Positions 37,590 to 50,999 of a stretch of DNA of 64,000 bases are shown here, one piece after another. The position numbers and the translations under genes are program-made. Each line of letters begins with the position of its first letter. Within the stretch, counting starts at the first letter, position 1. Below the pieces are notes generated by a model, which was given only the letters and a program-made list of their open reading frames with translations, searched no databases and was not told the DNA's origin. Origin of the DNA: Mobula hypostoma (taxonomy: Eukaryota). The stretch is from positions 65,660,001 to 65,724,000 of the forward strand of contig NC_086097.1 in the NCBI RefSeq assembly GCF_963921235.1, in the 5' to 3' direction.

Positions 37590-39830
37590 ATCCCTTTATG
37601 CCCTGACTAATGGGAATCTATCAACCTCTGCCTTAAATATACAGAAAGATTTGGCTTCCACAGCCAATAATTCCACAGATTCACCCTACTCTGGCTAAAA
37701 TTCCTCCTCATCTCTGTACTAAAAGGACATCACTCTATTATGAACACTATAAGAGAAAATCTGCAGATGCTGGAAATCCAAGCAATGCACACAAAATGCT
37801 GGAGGAACTCAGCAGGCCAAGCAGCATCTGGGAAAAGAGTACAGTCAATGCTTTGAGCAGAGACCCTTCGGCAGGACTGTAGAAAAAAAAGATGAGCAGA
37901 TTTAACAGGTGGGGGGAGGAGAGAGAGAAACAAGGTGATAGGTGAAATTGGGAGGTGGAGGGATGAAGTGAAGAGCTGGGAAATTGGTGAAAGAGCTAAA
38001 GGGCTGGAGAAGGGGGAATCTAATAGGAGAATACAGGCCATGGAAGAAAGAAAAGGGGGAAGGAGCACCAGAGGAAGGTGATGGGCAGGCAAGGAGGTGA
38101 GGTGAGAGAGGGAAAAGGGGATGGGAAATGGTGAAGGGGCTGGTGGCATTACCGGAAGTTTGAGAAATCAGTGTTGATGCTATCAGGTTGGAGACTACCC
38201 AGAAGGAATATAAGGTATTGTTCCTGCAACCATCTGTTATGAAGCTGTGTCCTTTGATCTTAGACTCTCCCACCATGGGAAACATCCTCTTCACATCCGC
38301 TCTATCAAGGCCTTTCACCATTCAATAGGTTTCAATGAGGTCACCCCTCATTCTTCTGAATTCTAGTACATACAGGCCCAGAGCCATCAAGTGCTCATTA
38401 TGTGATAAGCCGTTCAATCCTGGAATCATTTTCGTGAATTTCCTTTGAACCCTCTCCAGTGTCACCACATCCTTCCCAAGATGAGGGGCTCAAAACTGCT
38501 CAATACTCCAAGTGAAACCTCACTAGTGCTTTATGGAGCCTCAACGTTACATCGTTGCTGTTGTGTTCTAGAGTTCTTGAAAAGAGTTCTAGCATCACAT
38601 TTGCCTTCCTCACCACAGACTCAACTTACACATTAACCATTAGGTTAATGGAATCCTGCACAAGGATTCCCAAGTTCCTTTGTGGCTCAGATTTTTGAAT
38701 TTTCTCTCGATTTGAAAAAAATAGTTTACCCTTTCATTTCTTCTATCAAACTGCATGACCATGCCCTTCCCAACATTGTATTCTATCTATGCCTCTTCTT
38801 TGCCCATTCTCCCTAATCAAAGTCCTTCTGTAGCCTCTCTTTTTCCAGAAAACTACTTGCCCCCCTGCACTTATCTTTGCATCGTCCACAAACTTTGCAA
38901 TGAAGCTATTAATTCCATCATCGAAGTTATAGACATAAAAAGCAGTCCCAACACAGACCCCAGTGCAACACCACTAATCGCTAGCAGCCAACCAGAAAAG
39001 GCTTCCTTTATTCCCACCCTTTACCTCCTGCCAGTCAGTTATTTCTTTATCCATGCTAATATCTTTACTGTAATACTGTGGGCTCTTGTTAAGCATCCTT
39101 GTGTGTGTCACCTTGTCAAAGGCCTCCTGAAAATCCAAGTACTCAACATAAACTGATTCTTCTTTGTCTATTCTGCTTGTTATTTCTTCAAATCATTCCA
39201 ACAGATCTGTCAGGCAAGATTTTCCCTTCACGAAACAATGTTGACCACGGCCTATTTTCTTCCAAGTACCCCAAAACCACATCCTTAACAGTCGACTCCC
39301 AACATCTTCCCAACTCTGGTTCCCATCCTCCTGCCAAATTAGTTTAAACCCCTCCTGAACAACTCTAGCAAACCTGCCCACAGGGATATTGGACCCATTC
39401 GAGTTCAGATGTAACGCATCCCTTTTGTACTGACTTCATCCCCAGAAGCGATCCCAAAGGTCCAGAAATGTGAACGCCTGCCTCCTGCACCAGTTCCTCA
39501 GCCATGCATTCAACTGCTAAATCATTCTATTCTTACCCTCACTGGTGCATGGCATAGGCAGTAATCCAGAGCTTACTACCTTGGAGGTCCTGTTTTTCAG
39601 CTTTCTACCTAGCTCCCTAAAATCTCTCTTTAGGACTTCTTAACCTTGTCTACCCATGTCATTGGTGCCTATATGCATCAAGGCTTCTGGTTGCTGCCCT
39701 CCCTCTTGAAAATGATGTTGACCTGATCCTCAACATCCCTGACCCTGGCACCTGGGGGCAATGTATCATCTGGGTGTCGCTTTCGCGCTGCCAGAATCTC
39801 ATCTCTGTTCCTCTAACTCTGGAATATTCT
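37590..39830 (-). mobile_element. Degraded, internally deleted CR1
   Basis: Esterase remnant at 39340-39800, GKSCLTDLLE and a 3' region. Interrupted by a PLE end at 37745-38232. Confidence 0.75.
37745..38232 (-). mobile_element. PLE 3' terminal fragment with a decayed hammerhead motif
   Basis: Homologous to 40410-40930 and 55505-56000. An 11-bp TSD reads TCTATTATGAA/TCTGTTATGAA. Confidence 0.8.
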
Positions 39831-39952
39831 ATCAACAAATATTCAAAACAATTACCAGGATTCTCTTTGTTTATTTGGAACACTATACTGTTTAATTGGG
39901 GCAGGAAAGTGTTGCCAAACAGGTTCCAGCTAGCATCAGTCAAGTACATTTG

Positions 39953-40360
39953 TTAGATTAGATTAGATTAGAATCAACTTTATTGTCATTATGCCGAGTA
40001 CAAATACAAAGCCAATGAAATGCATTTAGCATCTGACCAGAAATGCGAAGAATAGTGTTATTTACAAAATAACTGTGAATAAAAAAAGTGCTACAGCACA
40101 CAAATATAAAAGTACTGAGACAGTACAATATGGATGCAATACTGCTTAGCGCTGTGATGAGAGGTTCAGCAGTGTCACAGCCTCTGGGAAGAAGCTCTTC
40201 CTGTACTTGCTGGTGTGGGAGCGGAGGCTCCTGTAGTGCCTACCGGATGGGAGGAGAGTAAAAAGTCCGTGGTTAGGGTGAGATGCATCCCTGATAATGC
40301 TTTTTGCCCTGCCCAGGCAGTGTTTATGGTAGATGTTCTCAATGGTGGGCAATTGGGAAT
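39953..40360 (-). mobile_element. Rex1/Babar 3' fragment with a (CTAAT)n tail
   Basis: ORF 40146..40370 (SHPNHGLFTLLPSGRHYRS...SFFPEAV). Confidence 0.85.
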
Positions 40361-40409
40361 GTGTGGCCATTAGATGCTACATTGCTTTGAGCAAACAGTT
40401 TTCAGATGG

Positions 40410-40930
40410 GCGAGAATCTGCAGATGCTGGAAATCTAAGCAGCGCACGCAAATGCTGGAGGAACTCAGCAGGTCAGGCAGTATTTATGGAAAAAAGTAAA
40501 CAGTCGATGTTTCAGGCTGAAACCCTTCATCAGGACTGGGAAAGAAAGGTGAGGAGTTTCAGCAAGAAGGTGGGGGCGGGGTGGAAGAAGTACAAGGTGG
40601 TAAGTAGTGATTGGTGAAACAGGTAGAGGGGGAGGGGTGAAGTAAAGAGCTGGGAAGTTGATAGGTGAAAGAGGTAAAGGACTGGAGAAGGGGGAATCTG
40701 ATACGAAAGGGTAGAAGACCATGGAAGAAAGAGAAGAGGGAGGAGCACCAGACGGAACTAATAGGCAGGTAAGGAGATATGGTGAGAGAGGGAAATGGGA
40801 ATGGTGAAGGTGGTGTGTGGTGCACAATTAACGGAAGTTCGTGAAATCAATGTTCATGCCATCAGGTTGAAGGCGACCCAGGCAGAATACAAGGTATTTC
40901 TCCTTCAGTCTGAGTGTGACCTCATCGCTG
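40410..40930 (-). mobile_element. PLE 3' terminal fragment with a hammerhead motif at 40501-40538
   Basis: The minus strand reads CAGTC-CTGATGA-AGGgtttcagCCT-GAAACATC-GACTG. Confidence 0.8.
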
Positions 40931-41604
40931 CCATTTAAAACTGCTCAATCTATCTAAAAAAAAATGATATTAAGTATTTATATACACCACACATAATGCA
41001 CCCTACAGTTCAACAATCCCTTGAATCATTCATAACTTGTATGGGAAACAAATTTTGAAAAGAGCCTGAAAATATTTCAACTTTGACAAAGAAGTTTGAA
41101 TGAAATATGTCAGTTGGTAAATTGTGATTTGTTGAAACATTTGTATAAAGTTGTTACAGCCTTACCAAATGAGGAAAGGTTGATACTCCCGCTTAAAAAC
41201 ATGAACTGGATTTAAGGTTAATTTTGTTTTGCTGTGGTACCAATATAATGAACAAGTGGCTTTCATCTGTGAATGACTCATTACTGTGGAAATAAAAAAA
41301 GAAATGTGTACATTGTGTGGTACTCAATAATAACTTCTTGCATAATAGTTAGGTGAAGCTGAGGAATGTATGAGAAATATTAACATTTCGTAAATTCATT
41401 TGTAGCATCAATTCACTTGCTGAGGATTTTACTGTTCTAAAGGTTTTTTGAATTGCGGTTTTATCCAAAAATATGAAAAGAGTAGAACTTAAAATAAAGC
41501 AGATTTTGCTGCAATATCATAGAATTTACTAACAATTCAATGATTGTCTCCAATCAGATAATATACTTTCTGCAGGTCTTACAAAGTCATGCAATCAAAA
41601 CAGG

Positions 41605-43672
41605 AACCTCTGCTCTCCACTCCCTCCACACTAATCCTGACCTTACTATAAAACCCACCGATAAGGGGGGGGGGGGCGCTGTTCTAGTCTGGCGTACTGA
41701 CCTCTACCTTGCCGAAGCACAGCGACAATTCGCGGATACCTCTTATTTACCCCTCGATCATGACCCCACTAAGGAGCACCAGGCCATTGTCTCCCACACC
41801 ATCCCCAACCTTATCAGCTCTGGGGATCTCCCATCCACTGCCACCAGCCTTATAGTTCCAACACCCTGCACTTCCCATTTCTACCTCCTACGCAAGATCC
41901 ACAAACCTACCTGTCCAGGTAGACCCATTGTCTCAGCTTGCTCCTGCCCCACCAAACTCATTTCTGCATACCTCGACGCTGTTTTATCCCCCCCCCCCGT
42001 TCCATCCCTTCCCACCTATGTTCGTGACATTTCTCATGCTCTGAATTTTTTGAATGATTTTAAGTTCCCTGGCCCCACTGCTTTATTTTCACCATGGATG
42101 TCCAGTCCCTATGTACCTCCATCCCCCACCAGGAAGGTCTCAAAGCTCTCCACTTTTTGGATTCCAGACCTAACCAGTGCTCCTCTACCACCACTCTCCT
42201 CTGTCTAGCAGAATTAGTCCTTACTCTTAATAATTTCTCCTTTGGCTCCTCCCACTTCCTCCAAACTAAAGGTATAGCCATGGGCAGTCGTATGGGTCCC
42301 AGCTAATCCTGCTTTTTTGTTGGCTTTGTGGAACAATCCATGTTCCAAGCCTATACTGGTATCTGTCCCCCACTTTTCCTTCGCTACATTGACGACTCCG
42401 CTATAAGCCTACGGACTCTGACAGGTACCTGGACTATTCCTCTTCCCACCCTATCTCTTACATTAATGCCATCCCCTTCTCACAATTCCTCTGTCTCCGC
42501 TGCATCTGCTCTCAGGATGAGGCTTTTCATTCCAGGACGAAGGAGATGCCTTCCTTTTTTAAAGAAAGGGGCTTCCCTTCCTCCACCATCAACTCTGCTC
42601 TCAAATGCGTCTCTCCCATTTCATGCACATCTGCTCTCACCCCATTCTCCTGCCACCCCACTAGGAATAGGGTTCCCCTTATCCTCACCTACCACCCCAC
42701 CAGCCTCCGGGTCCAACATATAATTCTCCATAACTTCCGCCACCTCCAATGGGATCTCACCACCAAGCACATCTTTCTCTCCCCCCTCCCTTTCTGCTTT
42801 CTGCAGGGATTGCTGCCTACTTGACTCCCTTATCCATTCTTGCCCCCCCACCCATCCCTTCCCGGCACTTATCCTTGTAAGTGGAACAAGTGCTACAGAT
42901 GCCCTTACACTTCCTCCCTCAACACCATTCAGGGCCCCAGACAGTCCTTCCAGGTGAGGCACACTTCACCTGTGAGTTGGCTGGTGTGATATATTGCATC
43001 TGGTGCTCCCAGTGCGGCCTTCTATATATTGGCGAGACCTGCCACAAGCTGGGAGACTGTTTCGCTGAACACCTATGCTCTGTCCGCCCGAGAAAGTAGG
43101 ATCTCCCAGTGGCCACAAATTTTAATTCCACGTCCCATTCCCATTCCCATTCTGATGTGTCTATCCACGGCCTCCTCTACTGTCAAGGTGAAGCCACACT
43201 CAGGATGGAGGAACAACACCTTGTATTCCATCTGGGTAGCATCCAACCTGATGGCATGAACATTGACTTCTCTAACTTCTGTTAATGCCCCTCCTCCCCT
43301 TCTTACCCCATCCCTTACTTATTTATTATTTTTTAGTTTTTCCCTTTTTTTTCTCTCTTTTTTCTCCCTCTGTCCCTCTCACTATAACTCCTTGCCTGCT
43401 CTCCATCTTCCTCTGGGCTCCCCTCCCCCTTTCTCTCTCCCTAGGCTTCCCGTCCGATGATTCTGTCCCCTCTCCAGCCTTGTATCCCTTTTGCCAATCA
43501 ACTTTCCAGCTCTTAGCTCCATCCCTCCCCCTCCCCCTCCCACTTTCAAATCTCTTACTATCTCTTCTTTCAGTTAGTCCTGATGAAGGGTCTCGGCCCG
43601 AAACGTCAACTGTACCACTTCCAATAGAAGCTGCCTGACCTGCTGCATTCCACCAGCATTTTCTGTGTGTTG
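41605..43672 (+). mobile_element. Neptune-like Penelope element (RT, GIY-YIG and pseudo-LTR), degraded
   Basis: IKPTDKGG, GRPIVS, MDVQSLCTSIP, QTKGIAMG, RYIDD and GVIYCIWCSQCGLLYIGET. Hammerhead motif at 43576-43611. Confidence 0.92.
43576..43611 (+). ncRNA. Minimal hammerhead ribozyme motif
   Basis: AGTC-CTGATGA-AGGGtctcggCCC-GAAACGTC-AACT. Confidence 0.7.
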
Positions 43673-44274
43673 TACCTTTTATTATAGCATGTTTGATACA
43701 ATAAGTCTGAATAAAAATTATTTACATTGAACTAATTCTTGTTAATCATTGCTTCATAAATCAAAGCATAACTCATCAAATTAAGGAATGATGGATAGCG
43801 TGCAGTGTAGCAAAATCACTGAATCAATAGAGTAAGCCTACCTTCTTGCTAGATTTCCATCGTCAAAACATGCAGGGTAAAAAAGTAAATGCATATAATA
43901 GAAGAATAAAAATGATTTTCTCTGCTTGCTTTGGGCGGGGTGGGGGTAAAGTACATGAGTGCAGTTTGTCTACTCATCAGTAGACAGTAAAAGAAAATGC
44001 CACTCAGTGAACATTTAAAATGCAGGTCAAAGAAGTGAACAAAGTAAATCAGTAGGTTTAAAAAAAAAATCCATGTGGTGGAAAATAGTTACATCCCTTG
44101 AATCAAAATCAATTTTGGGTCAATGTGTAAATTGATTTTGAATGAATTGGCATTTCACAGCATCTCAATTTAATTATTACCTGACTTCCCCAGCTGCATC
44201 ATTCTTCAAATATTTTTGTTTTTATAAGACTCCTCTTCTATCTTATAGTTTATCATTTGCATACTTTGTATTTC

Positions 44275-45005
44275 ATGAAGTTCTAGAATTGTACAACATG
44301 AAGCAGGCCATTTGGCTCAATGTGCAAGCTGTCCATTGGACTCTTTTCCATATTGATTCCACCTCCCAGCAATTGATACTTAATTTTCTTTTGGCATTTC
44401 AGATATTCATCTTGCCACTTCTTAAATACAGTTGCAACTGTACTTCAACCCCTTTCCTAGGCTGTGCATTGTAGGTACCTGCCATTCTTGGGCTGAAGAA
44501 GGATCCCCTCATCCCTTGTAAAACCTCTTTCCCTTGACCCTAAATCTGTGTTCTCAAGCTCTGTGCACATCTGATATGGGGAGAAGTTCCCAGCAGTCTA
44601 CCCTATTTTTACCCTAAATTTGTATACCTCCATCATGGCCCCTCTTAACCTTCTCTGCTCCAGGGAAAATAGACCTTTTTTTTCTAGTCTGCCCTTCAAA
44701 CTGAACTACTCTGATGAATCTTCTCTGCACAGTCTCCCAGCTATACCGCTTTCACCAGATTGCCACACAACACCCTAGCTGAGGTTTGACCAAAGTTTTA
44801 TAAAGTTGGCTCATAACCTGCTTCTCTATTCATTGCCCTGATTAATGAAGATCAATATCCCATGCACCTTGCTAATTATATCACCTCCTTGAACTGCTAA
44901 TTTCAAGATCTACAGACATAATCTAAGGTTCATTTGTTACTCAATATTCCTCAAGATCCTACCAATCATGTGTATTCTAGCCAAATTAATATTGCTAAGA
45001 TGCAT
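44275..45005 (-). mobile_element. Old degraded CR1 3' portion
   Basis: Loosely colinear with the CR1 3' region at 9360-10140. Confidence 0.55.
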
Positions 45006-45007
45006 CA

Positions 45008-47200
45008 CAGCTGTTGCTGACAGAATCTCAGATGGTGACGAGGAGGCCTATAGGAGTGAGATAGATTGGCTGGTTGAGTGGTGTCATGAAAGCATCCTTG
45101 CATACAATGTTAGTATGATGTAGGAATTGATTGTAAATTTCAGGAAGGGGAAGGGGAAGGGGAACACACACCAATCTTCGTCAAGGGATCAGCAGTGGGA
45201 AAGTGAACAGCTTCATGTTCATGCAATTATAAAGAAGGCACACCAGCAGCTATACAGTGTCTATAAAAAGTATTCACTGCCTTCCCCCACCCCCTGAAGT
45301 TTTCATGCTTTATTGTTTAGCAACATTGAATCACAGTGGATTTAATTTAGTTTTTTTGACACTGGTCAACAGAAAAAGGCTCTTTCATGTCAAAGGGAAA
45401 ACAAATCTCTACAAAGTGATTGAAATTACAAATATAAAACACAAAAAATGGATTGCATAAGCACTCACCCCCTTTAATATGACACATCAGATCATCACTG
45501 GTGCAACCAATTGGCTTTAGAAGTCACATAATTAGTTAAATGAAGATCACCATGTGCAGAACACCCCAAGCAACTCTGCAAAAAGGTTATTGAAAGGCAC
45601 AAGTCAGGAGATGGATACAAGAAAATTTCTAAGTCACTGAATATCCCTTGGAATACAGTTAAGTCAGTCATCAAGAAATGGAAAGAATTTGGCACAGTTG
45701 TAAATCTACCTTGAGTAGGCTGTCCTCTAAACCATACAAGAAGTGGACTAGTGCAGGAGACCACCAAGAGACTTATGACAGATCTGCAGGTGTTGCAAGT
45801 TTCAGTGGCTGAGATGGGAGGGACTGCCCATACAACAACTGTTGCCCAGGTGCTTCACCAGTTGTAGGTTTATCAGAGAGTGGCAAAGAGAAAGCCACTG
45901 TTGGGGCGGTGGGGGAAACTCCCATGAAGTCTCGGCTAGAATTTGCCAGAAGGCATGTGGGAGACTCTAAAGTCAGCTGGAAGAAAGTTCTATGGTCTGA
46001 TGAATCCAAAATTGAGCTTTTTGGCTATCAGACTAAATGCTGTGTTTGGCATAACACTGCACATCATCAAAAACACGCCATCCCTACCGTGAAGCATGGT
46101 GGTAACTGCATAATGCTGTAAGGATGTTTCACTGCAGCAGGCCCTGGAAGGCTTGTGAAGGTAAAAGGGAAAATGAATGCAGCAAAATATAGGGAAATCC
46201 TGGAGGAAAACCTGATGCAGTCTGCAAGAGAACTGTGACTTGGGAGAAGATTTGTTTTCCAGCAAGATAATGACCCCAAGCGTAAAGCCAAAGCTACACA
46301 GGAATGGCTTAAAAACAACAAAGGTCCTGGAGTGGCCAAATCAAGAGTCTGGACCTCAATCCAATTGAGAATTTGTGGCTGGACTAGAAAAGGGCTGTTC
46401 ACTCACGATCCCCATGCAGTCTGACAGAGCTTGAACAGTTCTGTAAAGAAGAATGGGGAAAAATTGCAGTGTCCAGATGTGCTATCCATGTAGACTCAAG
46501 GCTGTAATTGCTGCCAAAGGTGCATCTACTAAAAACTGACTTGAAGGAGGTGGGTAATTGTGCAGTCAATTATTTTGTGTTTAGTAATTGTAATAAATTT
46601 AGACCACAATTTGTGGACATTTGTTTTCACTTTGATACAAAAAAGTCTTTTCTGTTGTTCATTGTCAAAAAAGCCAAATTAAATCCACTGTGATTCAGTG
46701 TTGTAAAACAGTAAAACATGATAACTTCCAAAGCTGGTGAATTCCTATTATAGACACTGTAGATTATTCGTAGCTTAGAGAGATTTAGTATGTCATCAAA
46801 AACAAGCAAATTTCTTATAGGTGAATGGTGGAGAGCATTCTTACTGGTTGCATCGCTATCTGGTGTGGTAGCACCAATGCACAGGATTGGAAAAAGCTGT
46901 AGAGGGTTATAATCTCAGTTAGCTCCATCATGGGCACTAGTCTCCACAACCTTGAGAACGTTTTCATTAGTTGATGCCTCAAGAAAGCAGAAGCATAAAG
47001 ACACACTCCACATTTTAGGAACAACTTCTTCCCCTCTGCCGTCAGATTTCTGAGTGGACATCAACATGACCTCACTTTTTGCACTATGTATCTTTTTAAT
47101 ATATTTCTTATTGTGGCTTATAGTAATTTCTTGAGTATTGCATTGTACTGCTGTAACAAATCAACAAATTTCATAACGTCAGTGATAATAAACCTGATTG
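45008..47200 (+). mobile_element. Degraded Rex1/Babar 3' fragment interrupted by a Tc1 element
   Basis: Homologous to 24085-24990 on both sides of the Tc1. Confidence 0.75.
45255..46759 (+). mobile_element. Tc1-family DNA transposon, degraded
   Basis: TA TSD, inverted termini CAGTGTCTATAA, and transposase remnants WSDESKIELFG, PTVKHGG, QQDNDPK and DLNPIENLW. Confidence 0.9.
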
Positions 47201-47544
47201 TATCTGCCATTTTCAGCCCACTTCACTAACACATCAATAACACTCTGCAGCTGAAGACTAGCTTTTATATTATCAACCCTGCCAGTCTTCATGTAATCCA
47301 TGAACTTGCTGATCATGCTTCCTGCATCTACTGTACTTCAGTAATTCATATATGTTGCAACAAGCAAGGATCCAGTGTTCCCATGAATTGTTACACATTC
47401 ATTTTATTCAGTGTTTTTTTTTCCTTGGGTGCTGTTGTGTTGTGTATCTAAGTAACATCAAAATTCTCTTCCTTTTTCTTTTTCCTTACTCAACTTCACC
47501 TAACAAAGCCAAACATGAAGTCTCAAACCGCAGTTTTATGTGCA

Positions 47545-50500
47545 ATAGGATAGGAAGGTAGGCAGAAGGGGAGGCGTAGCTTTATTGGTAAGAAATGATA
47601 TTAAATCATTAGAAAGAGGTGATATAGGATCGGAAGGTGCAGAATCTTTATGGGTTGAGCTAAGAAATCGCAGGGGTAAAAGGACCCTGATGGCAGTTAT
47701 TTATAGGCCTCCAAACAGCTGCAGTGATGTGGACTACAAATTACAACAGGAAATAGAAAAGGCTTGTCAGAAGGGCAGTGTTATGATAATTGCGGGGGAT
47801 TTTAACATGCGAGTGGATTGGGAAAATCAGGTCGGCACTGTATCTCAAGAGAGAGAATTTGTAGAAAGTCTGCGAGATGGCTTTTTAGAACAGCTTGTTG
47901 GTGAGCCCACTAGGGAATCGGCTGTACTGGATTGGGTATTGTGTAATGAACCGGAGGTGATTAAAGAGATTGAGGTGAAGGAACCCTTAGGAGACAGTGA
48001 TCATAACATGATTGAGTTCACTGTGAAATTTGAGAAAGAGAAGCTGAAATCTGATGTGTCGGTACTTCAGTGGAGTAAAGGAAATTACAGTGGCATGAGA
48101 GAGGAACTGGCCAAAGTTGACTGGAAAGAGACACTGTCGGGAAAGACGGCAGAGCAGCAGTGGCTGGAGTTTATGCGAGAAGTGAGGTAGGTGCAAGACA
48201 GGTATATTCCAAAAAAGAAGAAATTTTCGAATGGAAAAAGGATGCAACTGTGGCTGACAAAAGAAGTCAAAGCCAAAGTTAAAGCAAAGGAGAGGGCATA
48301 CAAGGAAGCAAAAATTAGTGGGAAGACAGAGGATTGGGAAGTTTTTAAAAGCTTACAAAAGGAAACTAAGAAGGTCATTAAGAGGGAAAAGATTAACTAT
48401 GAAAGGAAGCTAGCAAATAATATCAAAGAGGATACTAAAAGCTTTTTCAAGTATATAAAGAGTAAAAGACTAGTGAGAGTAGATTTAGGACTGATAGAAA
48501 ATGATGCTGGTGAAATTGTAATGGGAGATAAGGAGATGGCGGAGGAACTGAACGAGTATGTTCAGTTCTGAGCATGCTGAGGATGTTCTACGGGTCTGTG
48601 GTGGCCAGTGCTATCATGTTTGCTGTTGTGTGCTGGGGCAGCAGGCTGAGGGTAGCAGACACCAACGGAATCAACAAACTCATTCGTAAGGCCAGTGATG
48701 TTGTGGGGATGGAACTGGACTCTCTCATGGTGGTGTCTGAAAAGAGGATGCTAAGTTGCATGCCATCTTGGTCAGTGTCTCCCATCCACTACATAATGTA
48801 CTGGGTGGGCACAGGAGTACATTCAGCCAGAGACTCATTCCACTGAGATGCAACACAGAGCGTCATAGGAAGTCATTCCTGCCTGTGGCCATCAAACTTT
48901 ACAACTCCTCCCTTGGAGGGTCAGACACCCTGAGCCAATAGGCTGGTCCTGGACATTTCATAATTTACTGGCATAATTTACATATTACTATTTAACTATT
49001 TATGGTTCTATTACTGTTTATTATTTATGATTCAGCTGCAACAAAAAGTAATTTCCCCCAGGATCAATAAAGTGTGACTATGACTATTTTGCATCAGTCT
49101 TCACTGAGGAAGACATCAGCAGTATACCGGACACTCAAGGGTGGCAGGGAAGAGAAGTGTGTGCAGTCACAATTACGACAGAGGAAGTACTCAGGAAGCT
49201 GGATAGTCTAAAGGTAGATAAATCTCTGGGACCAGATGGAGTGCACCCTCGTCTTCTGAAGGAAGTAGCTGTGGAGATTACGGAGCCATTAACGATGCTC
49301 TTTCAAAAGTCGATAGATTCTGATATGGTTCCGGAGGACTGGAAGATTGCAAATGTCACTCCGCTATTTAAGAAGGGGGCAAGGAAGCAAAAGGGAAATT
49401 ATAGACCTGTTAGCTTGACATCGGTGGTTGGGAAGTTGTTGGAGTCGATTATCAAGGATGAGGTTACAGAGTACCTGGAGGCATATGACAAAATAGGCAG
49501 AACTCAGCATGGATTCCTTAAAGGAAAATCCTGCCTGACAAACCTATTACAATTTTTTGAGGAAATTACAAGTAGGCTAGACAAGGGAGATGTAGTAGAT
49601 CTTGTATATTTGGATTTTCAGAAGGCCTTTGACAGGATGCCACACATGAGGCTACTTAACAAGATAAGAGCCCATGGAATTACGGGAAAGTTACATACGT
49701 GGATAGAGCATTGGCTGATTGGCAGGAAACAGAGAGTGGGAGTAAAGGGATCCTATTCTGGTTGGCTGCCAGTTACCAGTGGTGTTCCACAGGGGTCTGT
49801 GTTGGGGCCACTTCTTTTTACATTGTACATCAAAGATCTGGATTATGGAATAGATGGCTTTGTGGCCAAGTTTGCTGACGATACGAAGACAGGTGGAGGG
49901 GCCGGTAGTGCTGAGGAAACGGCGAGTCTGCAGAGAGACTTGGATAGATTGGAAGAATGGGCAAAGAAGTGGCAAATGAAATACAATGTTGGAAAGTGTA
50001 TGGTTATGCACTTTGGCAGAAGAAATAAACAGACAGACTATTATTTAAATGGAGAGAGAATTCAAAGTTCTGAGATGCAACGGGACTTGGGAGTCCTTGT
50101 ACAGGATACCCTTAAGGTTAACCTCCAGGTTGAGTCAGTGGTGAAGAAGGCGAATGCAATGTTGGCATTCATTTCTAGAAAAATAGAGTATAAGAGCAGG
50201 GATGTGATGTTGAGGCTCTATAAGGTGTTGGTGAGACCTCACTTGGAGTACTGTGGGCAGCTTTGGTCTCCTTATTTAAGAAAGGATGTGCTGACGTTGG
50301 AGAGGGTACAGAGAAGATTCACTAGAATGATTCTGGGACTGAGAGGGTTAACATATGAGGAACGTTTGTCTGCTCTTGGACTGTATTCCTTGGAGTTTAG
50401 AAGAATGAGGGGAGACCTCATAGAAACATTTCGAATGTTGAAAGGCATGGAGAGAGTGGATGTGGCAAAGTTGTTTCCCATGATGGAGGAATCTAGTACG

Positions 50501-50795
50501 AGAGGGCACGACTTAAGGATTGAAGGGCGCCCATTCAGAACAAAAATGCGAAGAAATTTTTTTAGTCAGAGGGTGGTGAGTCTATGGAATTTGTTGCCAA
50601 GGGCAGCAGTGGAGGCCAAGTCAATGGGTGTATTTAAGGCAGAGATTGATAGGTATCTGAGTAGCCAGGGCATCAAAGGTTATGGTGAGAAGGCGGGGGA
50701 GTGGGACTAAATGGGAGAATGGATCAGCTCATGATAAAATGGTGGAGCAGACTCGATGGGCCGAATGGCCAACTTCTGCTCCTTTGTCTTATGGT
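47545..50795 (+). mobile_element. CR1 LINE ORF2 and 3' end, with a nested Rex fragment
   Basis: ORFs 47585..48190, 48191..48571 and 49157..50710 (517-aa RT region with FADD). Confidence 0.93.
48560..49087 (+). mobile_element. Rex1/Babar 3' fragment with a (TGACTA)n tail
   Basis: It splits the CR1 motif NEY|FASVF. Same family as 6553-6998. Confidence 0.85.
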
Positions 50796-50999
50796 CAATC
50801 AGGAAACAAGATAAGCAAGGGTAAACTCACTGACTCTCCACTCAAACTTGGATCACCTGGACAATAGCAATACTGATGTCAGGCTGATGTTTGTTGATTA
50901 CAGTTCAGCATTCAGCACTATCATACCCTCAATTCTACTCAACAAGCTCCAAAACCTGGGCCCCTGCAGATCAGAAATAACATCTCCTCCTCAAAATCA